From NCBI GenBank assembly GCA_963720225.1, contig CAVREY010000006.1:287189-351188 (forward strand): a stretch of 64,000 nucleotides of DNA, in the 5' to 3' direction. The notes under the pieces are model-generated. The model had not been told where the DNA came from and made no database searches. It worked only from the letters and a program-made list of their open reading frames with translations. Shown piece by piece: positions 50,879-59,035 of the stretch; the stretch's first letter is position 1, and the number at the start of each line of letters is the position of its first letter. The position numbers and the translations under genes are program-made. The DNA comes from an uncultured Acidobacteriota bacterium. GTDB lineage: Bacteria > Acidobacteriota > Terriglobia > Acidiferrales > UBA7541.

Positions 50879-50970
50879 AAGGCCAGCCGAATTCCCGCGA
50901 CAACACGGACGGCGCGACCAAGCCGAGCAGGGCGTGCGGCGAAGTCAGCTTGTACAACCGTCCCGCGCTC

Positions 50971-51235
50971 GAGACTCTCGTATCCGCGAGCGTCGTGACG
51001 CGAGCTTTCGGAGTGCGGCGAGCAATCGCCGCTTTTCCAACGCAAGCGCTCCTATACACAGACTGGTGCACAGCGCCGCAACCAATGACATCATGCCCGT
51101 AGTTCGTGTAGCTCCGGAAATCCCGCGCGCTGGGCGCGTGATCAATTCACGAGAGGATTTACGCGCGCAAAGCGGCGGTTGCTCGCCGCCCTCCGAACGC
51201 AAACGCAAACGCTGACGCGTTCGTGGATACGAGGG
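50971..51235 (+). repeat. ~260-bp direct repeat, copy 1 (family D)
   Basis: Aligns with 54388-54645. The alignment includes a 50-nt block with 2 mismatches. It contains GCGGCGA-GCAA-TCGCCGC followed by TTTT (51015-51036) and further GC-rich hairpins. Confidence 0.75.
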
Positions 51236-51270
51236 TTCGTATCAGAGGTGAACTGTGCGGCGAAGCGAGC

Positions 51271-51438
51271 GTGGGACTGTCATCCTAGGAAGACCAGCGG
51301 AATTCCAGCGACAACACTGGCGTACCGCGCTGCTTAAATTCAAAACTGACTCCCCGTCGCTGCGTACTCGTTTCGTCATCGACGGCGGCGCAACACGAAA
51401 GCGCCTTCGTCGGCTGACAGCCGGGTCGGCTATCCTAC
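51271..51438 (+). mobile_element. MITE/BIME-like element (family M, short form; left hairpin deleted)
   Basis: Left end is GTGGGACTGTCATCCTAGGAAG. The right end GCTGACAGCCGGGTCGGCTATCCTAC is an inverted module. Confidence 0.5.
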
Positions 51439-51471
51439 TCTATAACGAGCGGCCGAGGCGGTCGCGCGGGC

Positions 51472-52272
51472 TCACCTCGTCGAGTTCGAGATAGCATTCG
51501 CGTCTGCCATACATACAGAACTTACAATTTCGTCGAACAGACGCGCTTCGTCTTCATTCGCGAGATCGTAATCCGCGCCATTGCCCGCTCCGCCGGTATG
51601 CCGCCAGTGCAGGCTATTTTTCACACCCACCGTGTCGATACCGATTGTCCCTCCGGCGGAAAGCACCAGATTTCGCTGCGAGAAACTCGCCGACTGGATG
51701 AGATCGTCGTCGAAGGGCTCGGCTTCGAACGCATACGGTCCGAACCAAAGCGCCAGATACGCTTTCGAGTCTTTCGGAGATTTCGGCTTGATCACAAACT
51801 TCCTGTAGTCGACGTCGGCCTTGCCGCCCAGAATTTTCACGGTCTTCGGATCCACGATGAACTGCAATCGAAGCCCGGCATCGAGCCGGCGCGATCCGGC
51901 GGGGACTGGGCCGCAGGGCGGCACGGAGAGATCATTTTTTGCGGACAGAAGAACGAACTGCGTTTGTGATCCAGCGCGCGCGGTAATGATGGTCAATGGC
52001 TCGAAGGATTCTTTGTAGATGTGAACCACCGCGCCGGGATGATCGAGGATGAATCGGCCGCGGGCGTCGGTCGTGGCGGTGTCAGATTTGTACGGAGCCG
52101 CGTCCGGCCTGCTTCCGTACAACCGCGCTCCCGCGATGGGCTGGCCATGCTCGGAGACCACGGTGCCGTGCATCGGCGCTTGCGCCCGCGCCGGTGCGGC
52201 ACACACGAGCGCCACGGCCATCGCAATCGCCGCGCATGTAAGGCCTCCGGCCTTGATCGTCGCGCGATTCAT
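51472..52272 (-). CDS. secreted protein, carboxypeptidase-regulatory-like N-terminal domain + unknown C-terminal domain (paralog 2)
   Basis: ATG at 52272 shares one base with the upstream stop (TGATG). Signal peptide present. HGTVVSEHGQPIAGARLYGS.. and the conserved GTIGIDT.G......WRH motif are shared with the upstream gene. Confidence 0.7.
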   Translation of the reverse strand: MNRATIKAGGLTCAAIAMAVALVCAAPARAQAPMHGTVVSEHGQPIAGARLYGSRPDAAPYKSDTATTDARGRFILDHPGAVVHIYKESFEPLTIITARAGSQTQFVLLSAKNDLSVPPCGPVPAGSRRLDAGLRLQFIVDPKTVKILGGKADVDYRKFVIKPKSPKDSKAYLALWFGPYAFEAEPFDDDLIQSASFSQRNLVLSAGGTIGIDTVGVKNSLHWRHTGGAGNGADYDLANEDEARLFDEIVSSVCMADANAISNSTR

Positions 52273-53060
52273 CAATTCTTTTTCTTTTCAGGCAACAGAT
52301 CGCCACACGCCGTCTCGATCACCGTGTCAAACACTTTGGCTTCCGCCTCTGTGGCATTTTGATAGAACGCGCCGCCGTGGCCGGACACCGCGAAGTGCCG
52401 CCATCGCTTCGCATTTCTCATCCCGGTGGTGTCGATGCCGATCGTGCCTTTGCCCGCCGCCACGATATTCCGCGATGTAAAATTCTCCGCCAGAATCAGG
52501 AGCTCGTCCTCCGGCTGGATGTCCATCGCGAAGTGGCCGAGCCATATCTCGAGCGCGTTCGCGTCGCCCTTCGGCTGCAGCCCAAATTTCAGCGAGTCCG
52601 CGTTGGGCAGTGGATTGGCGGAGACGAAATCTTTCGGGTTCGCGTTGAAGCGCAGATCGTTCTCGCCGAACGCTTTTTCGTGCTGCGCCAGCTTGCCGCA
52701 CGGCTGCAAGACAAAATCGTTATGTGCGGCCTGCAACACGTACTGCTGCGGTGTTGCCTGCGCCGAAATCACCACCATCAGCGGCTCGTAGCCGACTTTC
52801 AAAAAGTGCATCACTTTGCCCGGAAACGTCAGCGAGAAGTTGCCCTGCGAGTCCGTTTTCCCGAGCGACGTCGAGCCCTCGCCCGAAGGGTCGCGGCTTC
52901 CGGAAATAATCACGTCGGTGATCGGCGCCTCATTGGAGTCCACCACTTTACCGTGCACCGCGGTCACGCTCTGCGCCTCCGCAACGCCCAGCACCACCAG
53001 CAGCAGCGCTCCCACCAGAATTCCCTTGGTTCTGACTCTCTTTTCAGGATGGCTTGGCAT
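52272..53060 (-). CDS. secreted protein, carboxypeptidase-regulatory-like N-terminal domain + unknown C-terminal domain (paralog 1)
   Basis: ATG at 53060 with GGGAG upstream. Signal-anchor ILVGALLLVVLGVAEAQ. HGKVVDSNEAPITDVIISGS.. and GTIGIDTTGMRNAKRWRH. Confidence 0.7.
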   Translation of the reverse strand: MPSHPEKRVRTKGILVGALLLVVLGVAEAQSVTAVHGKVVDSNEAPITDVIISGSRDPSGEGSTSLGKTDSQGNFSLTFPGKVMHFLKVGYEPLMVVISAQATPQQYVLQAAHNDFVLQPCGKLAQHEKAFGENDLRFNANPKDFVSANPLPNADSLKFGLQPKGDANALEIWLGHFAMDIQPEDELLILAENFTSRNIVAAGKGTIGIDTTGMRNAKRWRHFAVSGHGGAFYQNATEAEAKVFDTVIETACGDLLPEKKKN

Positions 53061-53143
53061 GGTCTCCCGTGAGCTGCGCGACTAACTGGTCGAAGCGGTG
53101 AGGCAGTTCACTGAGAGAATAGCGCGTACCTTCGGAATTTGGT

Positions 53144-54022
53144 TCACTGCGTATTTGGTGCGGGTGCATCGGAGGCGTCAGGTGGCGGGCGACGATCGAC
53201 GACGCTGTAACCCGCGGGCAGATCGAACAGCCGTGGGTCCGGCTCGGCCACATTCACTTTGGTGACGGTGAACGTCTGTTTTCCGAAGCGCGGGTCGCTG
53301 CGGATCGAAACCAGGTTCACGGCGAGGTCGTCGGAATACCAATGCTCGTCGATCACCGTCATGCTGCGGTCGTTTCCTAGCACGCCGGCGTTGTAAGTGA
53401 TCGTATCGCGCGCGCCGCTGGTGATCTGGTCCGCGACGAATTTGGTGCCGAGGTCCTCGTGGTAGGCGATGCCGATGTCGTTCGGAAGCGGGCCGCTCCG
53501 CACGCTGGCCGGCTTGTAGATCGCATCCGCTGAGCCGTAATAATTGTTCATGTTGCACACGTGCGGCTCGACCAGTGTGAAGCAGGTGTAGATCAGGTGC
53601 GCGTGCGGATCGTAGATCTGGATCGCGTTCATCTGCGAACGCCGCGCGCTCCCGAACTTTGGAACCAGCAGCCAGCGCTCCTGATACACGCGGCCAGAGG
53701 AATCGCGCGCGATCTTTCTCTTGTTCACGATCGTTTGCGATCCGCCGTCGCTCATCGGGCGGACCCACTCGGTTTCAAGCGTGAGCGTGAACGGCGCGCC
53801 CGATTTCGGTGGGACCGCGATGCTTTCGAGCCGCGTAGGCGAGCCGCCATCGCGGGTCCGGACCACCGGAGTTCCGTTCTGCATGCCGTCGTCACCTGGC
53901 ATGAACGGAGGCGTCGCTTGCGGCTGCGCCGTCTGCGCCGCCGTGCTAACAGCAACAGCGCCACCAGCGGCCACGAAAATCAACGCCGCACACGCCAGGG
54001 CCGGAAAGTTCGTCGCGCGCAT
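53144..54022 (-). CDS. hypothetical secreted protein
   Basis: ATG at 54022. Signal peptide FPALACAALIFVAAGGAVAVSTAAQ. Ends ..FDLPAGYSVVD.., which is reminiscent of LolA-like folds (weak). Confidence 0.65.
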   Translation of the reverse strand: MRATNFPALACAALIFVAAGGAVAVSTAAQTAQPQATPPFMPGDDGMQNGTPVVRTRDGGSPTRLESIAVPPKSGAPFTLTLETEWVRPMSDGGSQTIVNKRKIARDSSGRVYQERWLLVPKFGSARRSQMNAIQIYDPHAHLIYTCFTLVEPHVCNMNNYYGSADAIYKPASVRSGPLPNDIGIAYHEDLGTKFVADQITSGARDTITYNAGVLGNDRSMTVIDEHWYSDDLAVNLVSIRSDPRFGKQTFTVTKVNVAEPDPRLFDLPAGYSVVDRRPPPDASDAPAPNTQ

Positions 54023-54085
54023 ACACCCCCGCTGCTGCCGCCATTACGTGCCTAGAAAATACTCCCGGGCGCCGCGCCCGCGCAA

Positions 54086-54375
54086 GTGGGATAGCCGTGG
54101 GATAGCCTGTCGCGTAGGCTTTCCTCCTTCGAAGACGAGTCGGAATAGTGGTAACCTCGCCGACGGGCTCGAATCGCAGTACGGGAGTGAGCTCGTAAAA
54201 TAGGCAGGTACTGCCTGTGTTCTTAACCTTGTGCTCCTCAGATCCAAAAACCACAGGCAGTACTTGCCTATTCCACAAGCGTACTCGCCTAGGTTGCAAT
54301 TCTTCCGACACGAACTTCGCCAGTCTCTCGTTTGGGACTTGGTAGAAGTACCGCCTGCGCGACAGGCTATGGCAC
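54086..54375 (+). mobile_element. MITE/BIME-like element (family M, long form, 290 bp)
   Basis: The left tip is duplicated (GTGGGATAGCC GTGGGATAGCC). The right end is CCTGCGCGACAGGCTATGGCAC. Internal family C hairpins lie at 54201-54223 and 54251-54276. It is collinear with 46399-46680. Confidence 0.6.
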
Positions 54376-54387
54376 CGCTCGCCATCG

Positions 54388-54645
54388 GAAACTCCGGTGT
54401 CCGCGAGCGTCGCAACGCGAGCTTTCGGAGTGCGGCGAGCAATCGCCGCTATTCTCACCAGAGCCCCCGCACAACCAGCCTGGCGCACCGCGCCGCAACC
54501 GACGAAGTCCTACACACAGTTGTCGTGGCTCCGGAGCTCTCGCTCGCTAGGCGCGTGATTGATTCCCTCGAGGTATTTCGCGCGCAAGGCGGCGGTTGTC
54601 CGCCGCACTCCGAAAGTGAACGCTGTAGCGTTCGCGGATACCGGA
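54388..54645 (+). repeat. ~260-bp direct repeat, copy 2 (family D)
   Basis: Aligns with 50971-51235. Contains GCGGCGA-GCAA-TCGCCGC (54432-54449) followed by TATTCT. Confidence 0.75.
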
Positions 54646-54738
54646 GCGAGCGCCGTCACTGGGAAACCGTAATCGGTCTCTAAGAAGACGCTCTGCGTCA
54701 CGCATAAACGGCGAGTCGTACCATCGCTAAAATTTCGC

Positions 54739-54766
54739 TTGACATATTCCGATATAGGAATATGAT
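54739..54766 (+). promoter_or_regulatory. promoter TTGACA-16-TATGAT with embedded operator ATATTCC-N6-GGAATAT; predicts a leaderless arsR-family mRNA
   Basis: TTGACA at 54739-54744 and TATGAT at 54761-54766. The ATG at 54773 lies only 6 nt past the -10. The inverted repeat at 54744-54763 lies in the spacer. Confidence 0.5.
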
Positions 54767-54772
54767 TCAGTC

Positions 54773-55105
54773 ATGGCACGAGCGGCTACGACCTCCGACG
54801 CATTCAACGCAGTCGCCGAACCGCGCCGCCGCGACATCCTGAATTTGCTGGCCGCGCACGAACGGCCGGTAGGGGAAATCGTGGTGGCGCTGGGCCTGGA
54901 GCAGCCGTCGGTCTCGAAGCACCTGAAAGTACTGCGCGACGTGGGCCTCGTCACTTCGCGCAGGGAGGGCAAGCAAATGTTTTACCGCACGAACGCCGAA
55001 GCGCTCCGCCCGTTGCACGACTGGACCAAAACGTTTGAAGAGATGTGGAAGCACCAGCTGGCCCGCGTGAAGGAACGCGCGGAAGCCAAAATGAAGCAGA
55101 ACTGA
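54773..55105 (+). CDS. ArsR/SmtB family transcriptional regulator
   Basis: FNAVAEPRRRDILNLLAAHERPVGEIVVALGLEQPSVSKHLKVLRDVGLV. Confidence 0.88.
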   Translation: MARAATTSDAFNAVAEPRRRDILNLLAAHERPVGEIVVALGLEQPSVSKHLKVLRDVGLVTSRREGKQMFYRTNAEALRPLHDWTKTFEEMWKHQLARVKERAEAKMKQN

Positions 55106-55177
55106 TACACGAACGCGCAGTCGAATCTCGCGCAGGCCGGCTCGATCCGCGCCGCGAAAAATTCCAAGGAGGGAACA

Positions 55178-55633
55178 ATGGTACCGACCGAACAGATGTC
55201 CATCGAAAGCCTCACACTCACGGTGAATCAGGTAATCAAGGTGAACGCGCCGATCCAGGTGACGTTCGACGCGCTGCTCGAACAATTGCAGGACAACGAA
55301 TCTCCCAACGGTCCGCTGCCCATGAAGCTCGAGCCGTGGCCCGGCGGCCGGTGGTATCGCGACCTCGGCAACAATAACGGCCACTTCTGGGCGACGGTGC
55401 AGGCGATCAAGCGTCCCACGCTGCTGGAATTTTTCGGGCCGCTGATGATGTCGCACGCGGTGATTTCCAACGTGCAGTACCGCCTCGCCGAAGAAAACGG
55501 CGTCACCGTGATCACTTTCCATCACAAGGGATTCGGCCACGTGCCCGACGACGCTCGCGGCAACGTGGACAAAGGTTGGTCGTTCATTCACGACAAAGTT
55601 CGCCAGCGCGCCGAACGCGAAGTGAAGAAGTAG
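55178..55633 (+). CDS. SRPBCC (AHSA1/Aha1-like) domain protein
   Basis: AAGGAGGG Shine-Dalgarno upstream. 151 aa of SRPBCC-like size and pattern. This is the second ArsR-SRPBCC pair in the window. Confidence 0.8.
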   Translation: MVPTEQMSIESLTLTVNQVIKVNAPIQVTFDALLEQLQDNESPNGPLPMKLEPWPGGRWYRDLGNNNGHFWATVQAIKRPTLLEFFGPLMMSHAVISNVQYRLAEENGVTVITFHHKGFGHVPDDARGNVDKGWSFIHDKVRQRAEREVKK

Positions 55634-55636
55634 CGC

Positions 55637-55832
55637 GTGGGCTAGTCCCGCTTCGCGGGACTGTCGTCCTATACCTACGCACTTGCGTTAAGGCTCGGCC
55701 GATCTCGGACTCCGGCTTTGGCGAGAAGCAACAGCGAAAGGTTTCGTCGCCGGATCGGTCGGTCCGTCAGTGGTCGCGCACGAACTAGATTCACGATCGT
55801 AATACGACAGTCTGCGCAGCAGGCTATCTCAC
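55637..55832 (+). mobile_element. MITE/BIME-like element (family M, short form, 196 bp)
   Basis: The left end GTGGGCTAGTCCCGC-TTC-GCGGGACTGTCGTCCTA starts 4 nt after the SRPBCC stop. The right end GACAGTCTGCGCAGCAGGCTATCTCAC ends 1 nt before the GGAGG of the next ORF. Confidence 0.6.
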
Positions 55833-55841
55833 GGAGGCACC

Positions 55842-55997
55842 ATGTGCCCATTCTGCTTGACCACGGCCGCGATTCTGGCGGCGAGCGCGATGTCCGCAGG
55901 AGGCGCGGGAGCGCTGGCGGCAAAATTCTTTCACGCGCGCAAAGGACTTGGGGCAAAGAGTTCGCATACATCAAAACAAAAGGAGAAGCACCCATGA
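55842..55997 (+). CDS. candidate 51-aa membrane peptide (MCPFCLTTAAILAASAMSAGGAGALAAKFFHARKGLGAKSSHTSKQKEKHP)
   Basis: GGAGG lies 4 nt upstream of ATG 55842. The TGA stop overlaps the DUF899 ATG (ATGA at 55994-55997). One hydrophobic helix and a basic tail. Below the ORF-track cutoff. Confidence 0.5.
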   Translation: MCPFCLTTAAILAASAMSAGGAGALAAKFFHARKGLGAKSSHTSKQKEKHP

Positions 55998-56782
55998 GCA
56001 CTGCCACGCAGACGCACCTCGCAGCCAGCACGCCCGAACCGGTCGACGAACCACGCATCGCAACGCACTCCGAATGGATTGCCGCGCGGAAAGATTTCCT
56101 CTCGAAAGAAAAGCAGCTGACGCATATGCGCGACGAACTTGCGCGCCTGCGCCGCGAGCTGCCCTGGGAGAAAGTCGAAAAACCGTACAGCTTCGACGGG
56201 CCGCACGGCCGTGTGTCGCTCGCGGAACTTTTTGGCGACAAGAGCCAGCTGGTGATCTACCACTTCATGTTCGCGCCGGAGTGGGAAGCGGGCTGCTCGA
56301 GCTGCTCGATGGTGGCGGACGGCATCAACGCGTCGATCGTGCATTTCGATCAGCGCGACGCAGCGTTCTCAGCGGTCTCGCGCGCGCCAATCGCCAAGCT
56401 CGAAGCGTTCCGCAAGCGCCTCGGCTGGGATTTTAACTGGGTGTCTTCGCACGCGAGCGATTTCAATTACGATTACCGCGTTTCGTTCACGCCGGATCAG
56501 GTCGCCGCGAAGATACCGAACTACAACTACGACACGGTCGTGTTTCCGATGGATGAAGCGCCGGGACTGAGCGTGTTCGCGAAAAAGGGCGGCGACGTGT
56601 ATCACACTTACTCCACGTTTGGCCGCGGCCTTGAGCCGATGCTGGTGGTGTACGACCTGCTGGACTGGACACCGGTAGGCCGCGGCGAAGAGGGTCTGGC
56701 GAGGCCGATGAGCTGGGTGCGTCACCGCGACCGCTACGAAACCAAGACCGCCGCGCTCCGCTGCTGCGAGCACAAAGACTAA
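55994..56782 (+). CDS. DUF899 thioredoxin-like family protein
   Basis: Start moved to ATG 55994. ..YSFDGPHGRVSLAELFGDKSQLVIYHFMFAPEWEAGCSSCS.. is typical of DUF899. Confidence 0.85.
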   Translation: MSTATQTHLAASTPEPVDEPRIATHSEWIAARKDFLSKEKQLTHMRDELARLRRELPWEKVEKPYSFDGPHGRVSLAELFGDKSQLVIYHFMFAPEWEAGCSSCSMVADGINASIVHFDQRDAAFSAVSRAPIAKLEAFRKRLGWDFNWVSSHASDFNYDYRVSFTPDQVAAKIPNYNYDTVVFPMDEAPGLSVFAKKGGDVYHTYSTFGRGLEPMLVVYDLLDWTPVGRGEEGLARPMSWVRHRDRYETKTAALRCCEHKD

Positions 56783-56818
56783 GACGTCGCTGAGTAGCAT
56801 GCAACTTTGCCTGCGCAG

Positions 56819-57026
56819 GTGGGATAGCCTGCCGCGCAGGCTGTCGTCCTATGAAGGAGATCCTAATCGGGGGCACGGCCGCTAGCGGATCAAAAGGCAA
56901 CGTTCGTAGGCGGCTTTTTGTGAGCTCAAGCGCCTTGGCGTCGGGATCGGCCGTTGCGTCAACGATCCTCTACTAACGTCGACGTTTGTCGCCAGCTAAC
57001 GGCCCCGCGAAGCGGGACTATCCCAG
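56819..57026 (+). mobile_element. MITE/BIME-like element (family M, short form, 208 bp)
   Basis: Left end is GTGGGATAGCCTGCCGCGCAGGCTGTCGTCCTATGAAGG. The right end CCCCGCGAAGCGGGACTATCCCAG is an inverted module with the other stem variant. Confidence 0.6.
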
Positions 57027-57078
57027 GTTTCACATGGTTTCACACTAGATTTCGCAAGTCGAAAAAGGAGAAACGAAC

Positions 57079-57612
57079 ATGACGCAGACCACAGCAACGG
57101 CAGCCGCAACACCCGCGTTCGCACCCTTGCTTGCAGAATTCAAACAGGAGTGCGCGGCGACGCGCCGCGTTTTGGAGCGCGTCCCGGGCGACAACTTTTC
57201 CTGGCAGCCGCATCCGAAATCGCTCACGCTCGGCCAACTCGCGCTCCACATCGCGAGCCTTCCCGGAGCGTTCGCTCAGATTTTGCCGCCGGATACATTT
57301 GACATTCCGGCCGACGCGTTCACTTTCAAGGCGCCGGCGTCGACGGCCGAAATTCTGGAGACGTTTGACGGGGGCGTGAGCGCGGCCGAAAAGTTCATCG
57401 CGGCCCTCACTCCCGAGGCAGCCGGCGGCACTTGGACGGCGAAAGCGCAGGGGCGAACGGCGATGGCATTGCCGCGCTCGGCGGCTTTGCGTGCGCTATT
57501 GATCAGCCACTCGATCCACCACCGCGGCCAGCTCACCGTTTATTTGCGCGAGCTCGATGTGAAAGTCCCCAGCATCTACGGCCCCAGCGCCGACGAAAAC
57601 CCGTTCGCTTAA
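57079..57612 (+). CDS. DinB family protein
   Basis: AAAGGAG Shine-Dalgarno upstream. ..SLTLGQLALHIA.. and ..HSIHHRGQLTVYLR.. give the DinB His triad pattern. Confidence 0.85.
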   Translation: MTQTTATAAATPAFAPLLAEFKQECAATRRVLERVPGDNFSWQPHPKSLTLGQLALHIASLPGAFAQILPPDTFDIPADAFTFKAPASTAEILETFDGGVSAAEKFIAALTPEAAGGTWTAKAQGRTAMALPRSAALRALLISHSIHHRGQLTVYLRELDVKVPSIYGPSADENPFA

Positions 57613-57904
57613 CAGGCATCGACGCAACGGCGAACGGATCCACCTTCGAGAATACCAATCGCGGTTCCTAGGCACTGATTACTCCTGGGCGACTCAGGCG
57701 AAACAGTAATGGCGACAACGAGGCGAAGCTCGACAACTGCCTTGGGCGCGCGATGCGGAGCGGAGGCAAAACCGGCGAAATGCCTGTGCTACCCAAATCC
57801 ACACGACATACCCGATTGACTTTGCCGCGGCGCCTTCGCTAGCGTAACCCCGGTATGAAGCCTGCCCAGCTCCAAATCCCATACGCATTAAAAGGACGCA
57901 CGCC

Positions 57905-58465
57905 ATGAAGCCACAAAAGCTTTTACTTCCCCTGGTCGCCGTGTTGTTGCTCGCCGTAACCGGCTGTTCGAACGGCCAAAAAATCACCGCACAAGCCGCC
58001 CTCAGCACAGCGCAAGCTGCATTCACGCCGGTGAAAGCGATGTCCGAAAAGTACGTTCCGGATCAGACTGCCGCGGTGGAAGCTTCACTCAACTCTGCGC
58101 AGACGGCATATAACAACGGCGACTACTCCGGCGCGTTGACTGCCGCGAAATCGCTGCCCGGCCAGATCACCGACCTCGCCACCGCCGCGAAAGCCAAGAA
58201 AGATGAGTTGACCGCGCAGTGGAACGATCTTTCCGGCTCGCTGCCGAAGCTGCTGTCCTCGGTTGGCACGAAAGTAAGCCAGCTCGCCGCCGCGCACAAG
58301 TTGCCCGCCGCGGAGAACGACCAGTACACCAGCGCGAAGTCGTTGTGGGATGCCGCGACGTCCGCATTCAGCTCCGGCGACATTCCGACCGCAGTGACCG
58401 ACGGTAACAGCGTCAAGGAAAAGTTGACCGCGCTCGCGCAAACGCTCCACGTGAAGACCAGCTAA
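57905..58465 (+). CDS. helical lipoprotein, unknown function
   Basis: Lipobox LLLAVTGCSNG. Ala/Lys/Gln-rich helical repeats. Confidence 0.75.
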   Translation: MKPQKLLLPLVAVLLLAVTGCSNGQKITAQAALSTAQAAFTPVKAMSEKYVPDQTAAVEASLNSAQTAYNNGDYSGALTAAKSLPGQITDLATAAKAKKDELTAQWNDLSGSLPKLLSSVGTKVSQLAAAHKLPAAENDQYTSAKSLWDAATSAFSSGDIPTAVTDGNSVKEKLTALAQTLHVKTS

Positions 58466-58504
58466 GCGCGCACACGCGCACTTCGGCGCGATTTAGCCAA
58501 GACC

Positions 58505-58536
58505 AAAAGACACGGCGAGCCATCGCCGTGTCTTTT
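58505..58536 (+). terminator. intrinsic terminator
   Basis: AAAAGACACGGCG-AGCCAT-CGCCGTGTCTTTT, 40 nt after the lipoprotein stop. Confidence 0.75.
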
Positions 58537-58670
58537 GTGGTTGAGTAGCGTGGGCGATCTCGCCCGCGGCTTTTGGTAGCGACGACGCTTCAGCGTCGCG
58601 CCCCTCTTCATGCGCCCAGCGTCTCGCTTTTGAGCGTGACACACAGCCGTTCGCCGCGAACAAATCGAGA

Positions 58671-58706
58671 AGCGTTGAAATATTCAACGCTCCGGTATCG
58701 TTCAAC
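58671..58706. promoter_or_regulatory. perfect palindrome AGCGTTGAA-ATA-TTCAACGCT plus a nearby GTTCAAC half-site
   Basis: 9-bp arms at 58671-58691 and a half-site at 58700-58706. The site is in the 570-bp gap upstream of the GH35 gene. A related GTTGAA-TTC-TTCAAC lies at 6188-6202. Confidence 0.3.
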
Positions 58707-59035
58707 ATCACTACAGCATTCTACCTATGGATAATCGGCGCTTCGTCCCTCATCCTCATTGCCGGAAGGGAAGACCGGCTTCGGGAATCCTTTATTAACA
58801 TAGAGGGCTGGGCCCTGAGTCGCGACTCCCTTCCGTTTTTATTTCGCCGCTTCTCGTAGACTGCAGTGGCTCGCCCCCGGCTTGCTCGCTCCAACCCAAG
58901 CAACTCACGCCCACGCGCCCAGCCGGCACGCTCTCGCTTAGCTCTGAATCCGGTCACCCGTCAGTAACCACTCGCCACTTACCAGTCGCTTCATCCGTGA
59001 TATCTTTCTCCCGCAAAATCGCATCCTAAATACCA

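Noticed and set aside
54767-55591. 274-aa minus-strand ORF
   Set aside because: It is antisense to the ArsR and SRPBCC genes, both of which have clear motifs and ribosome-binding sites.
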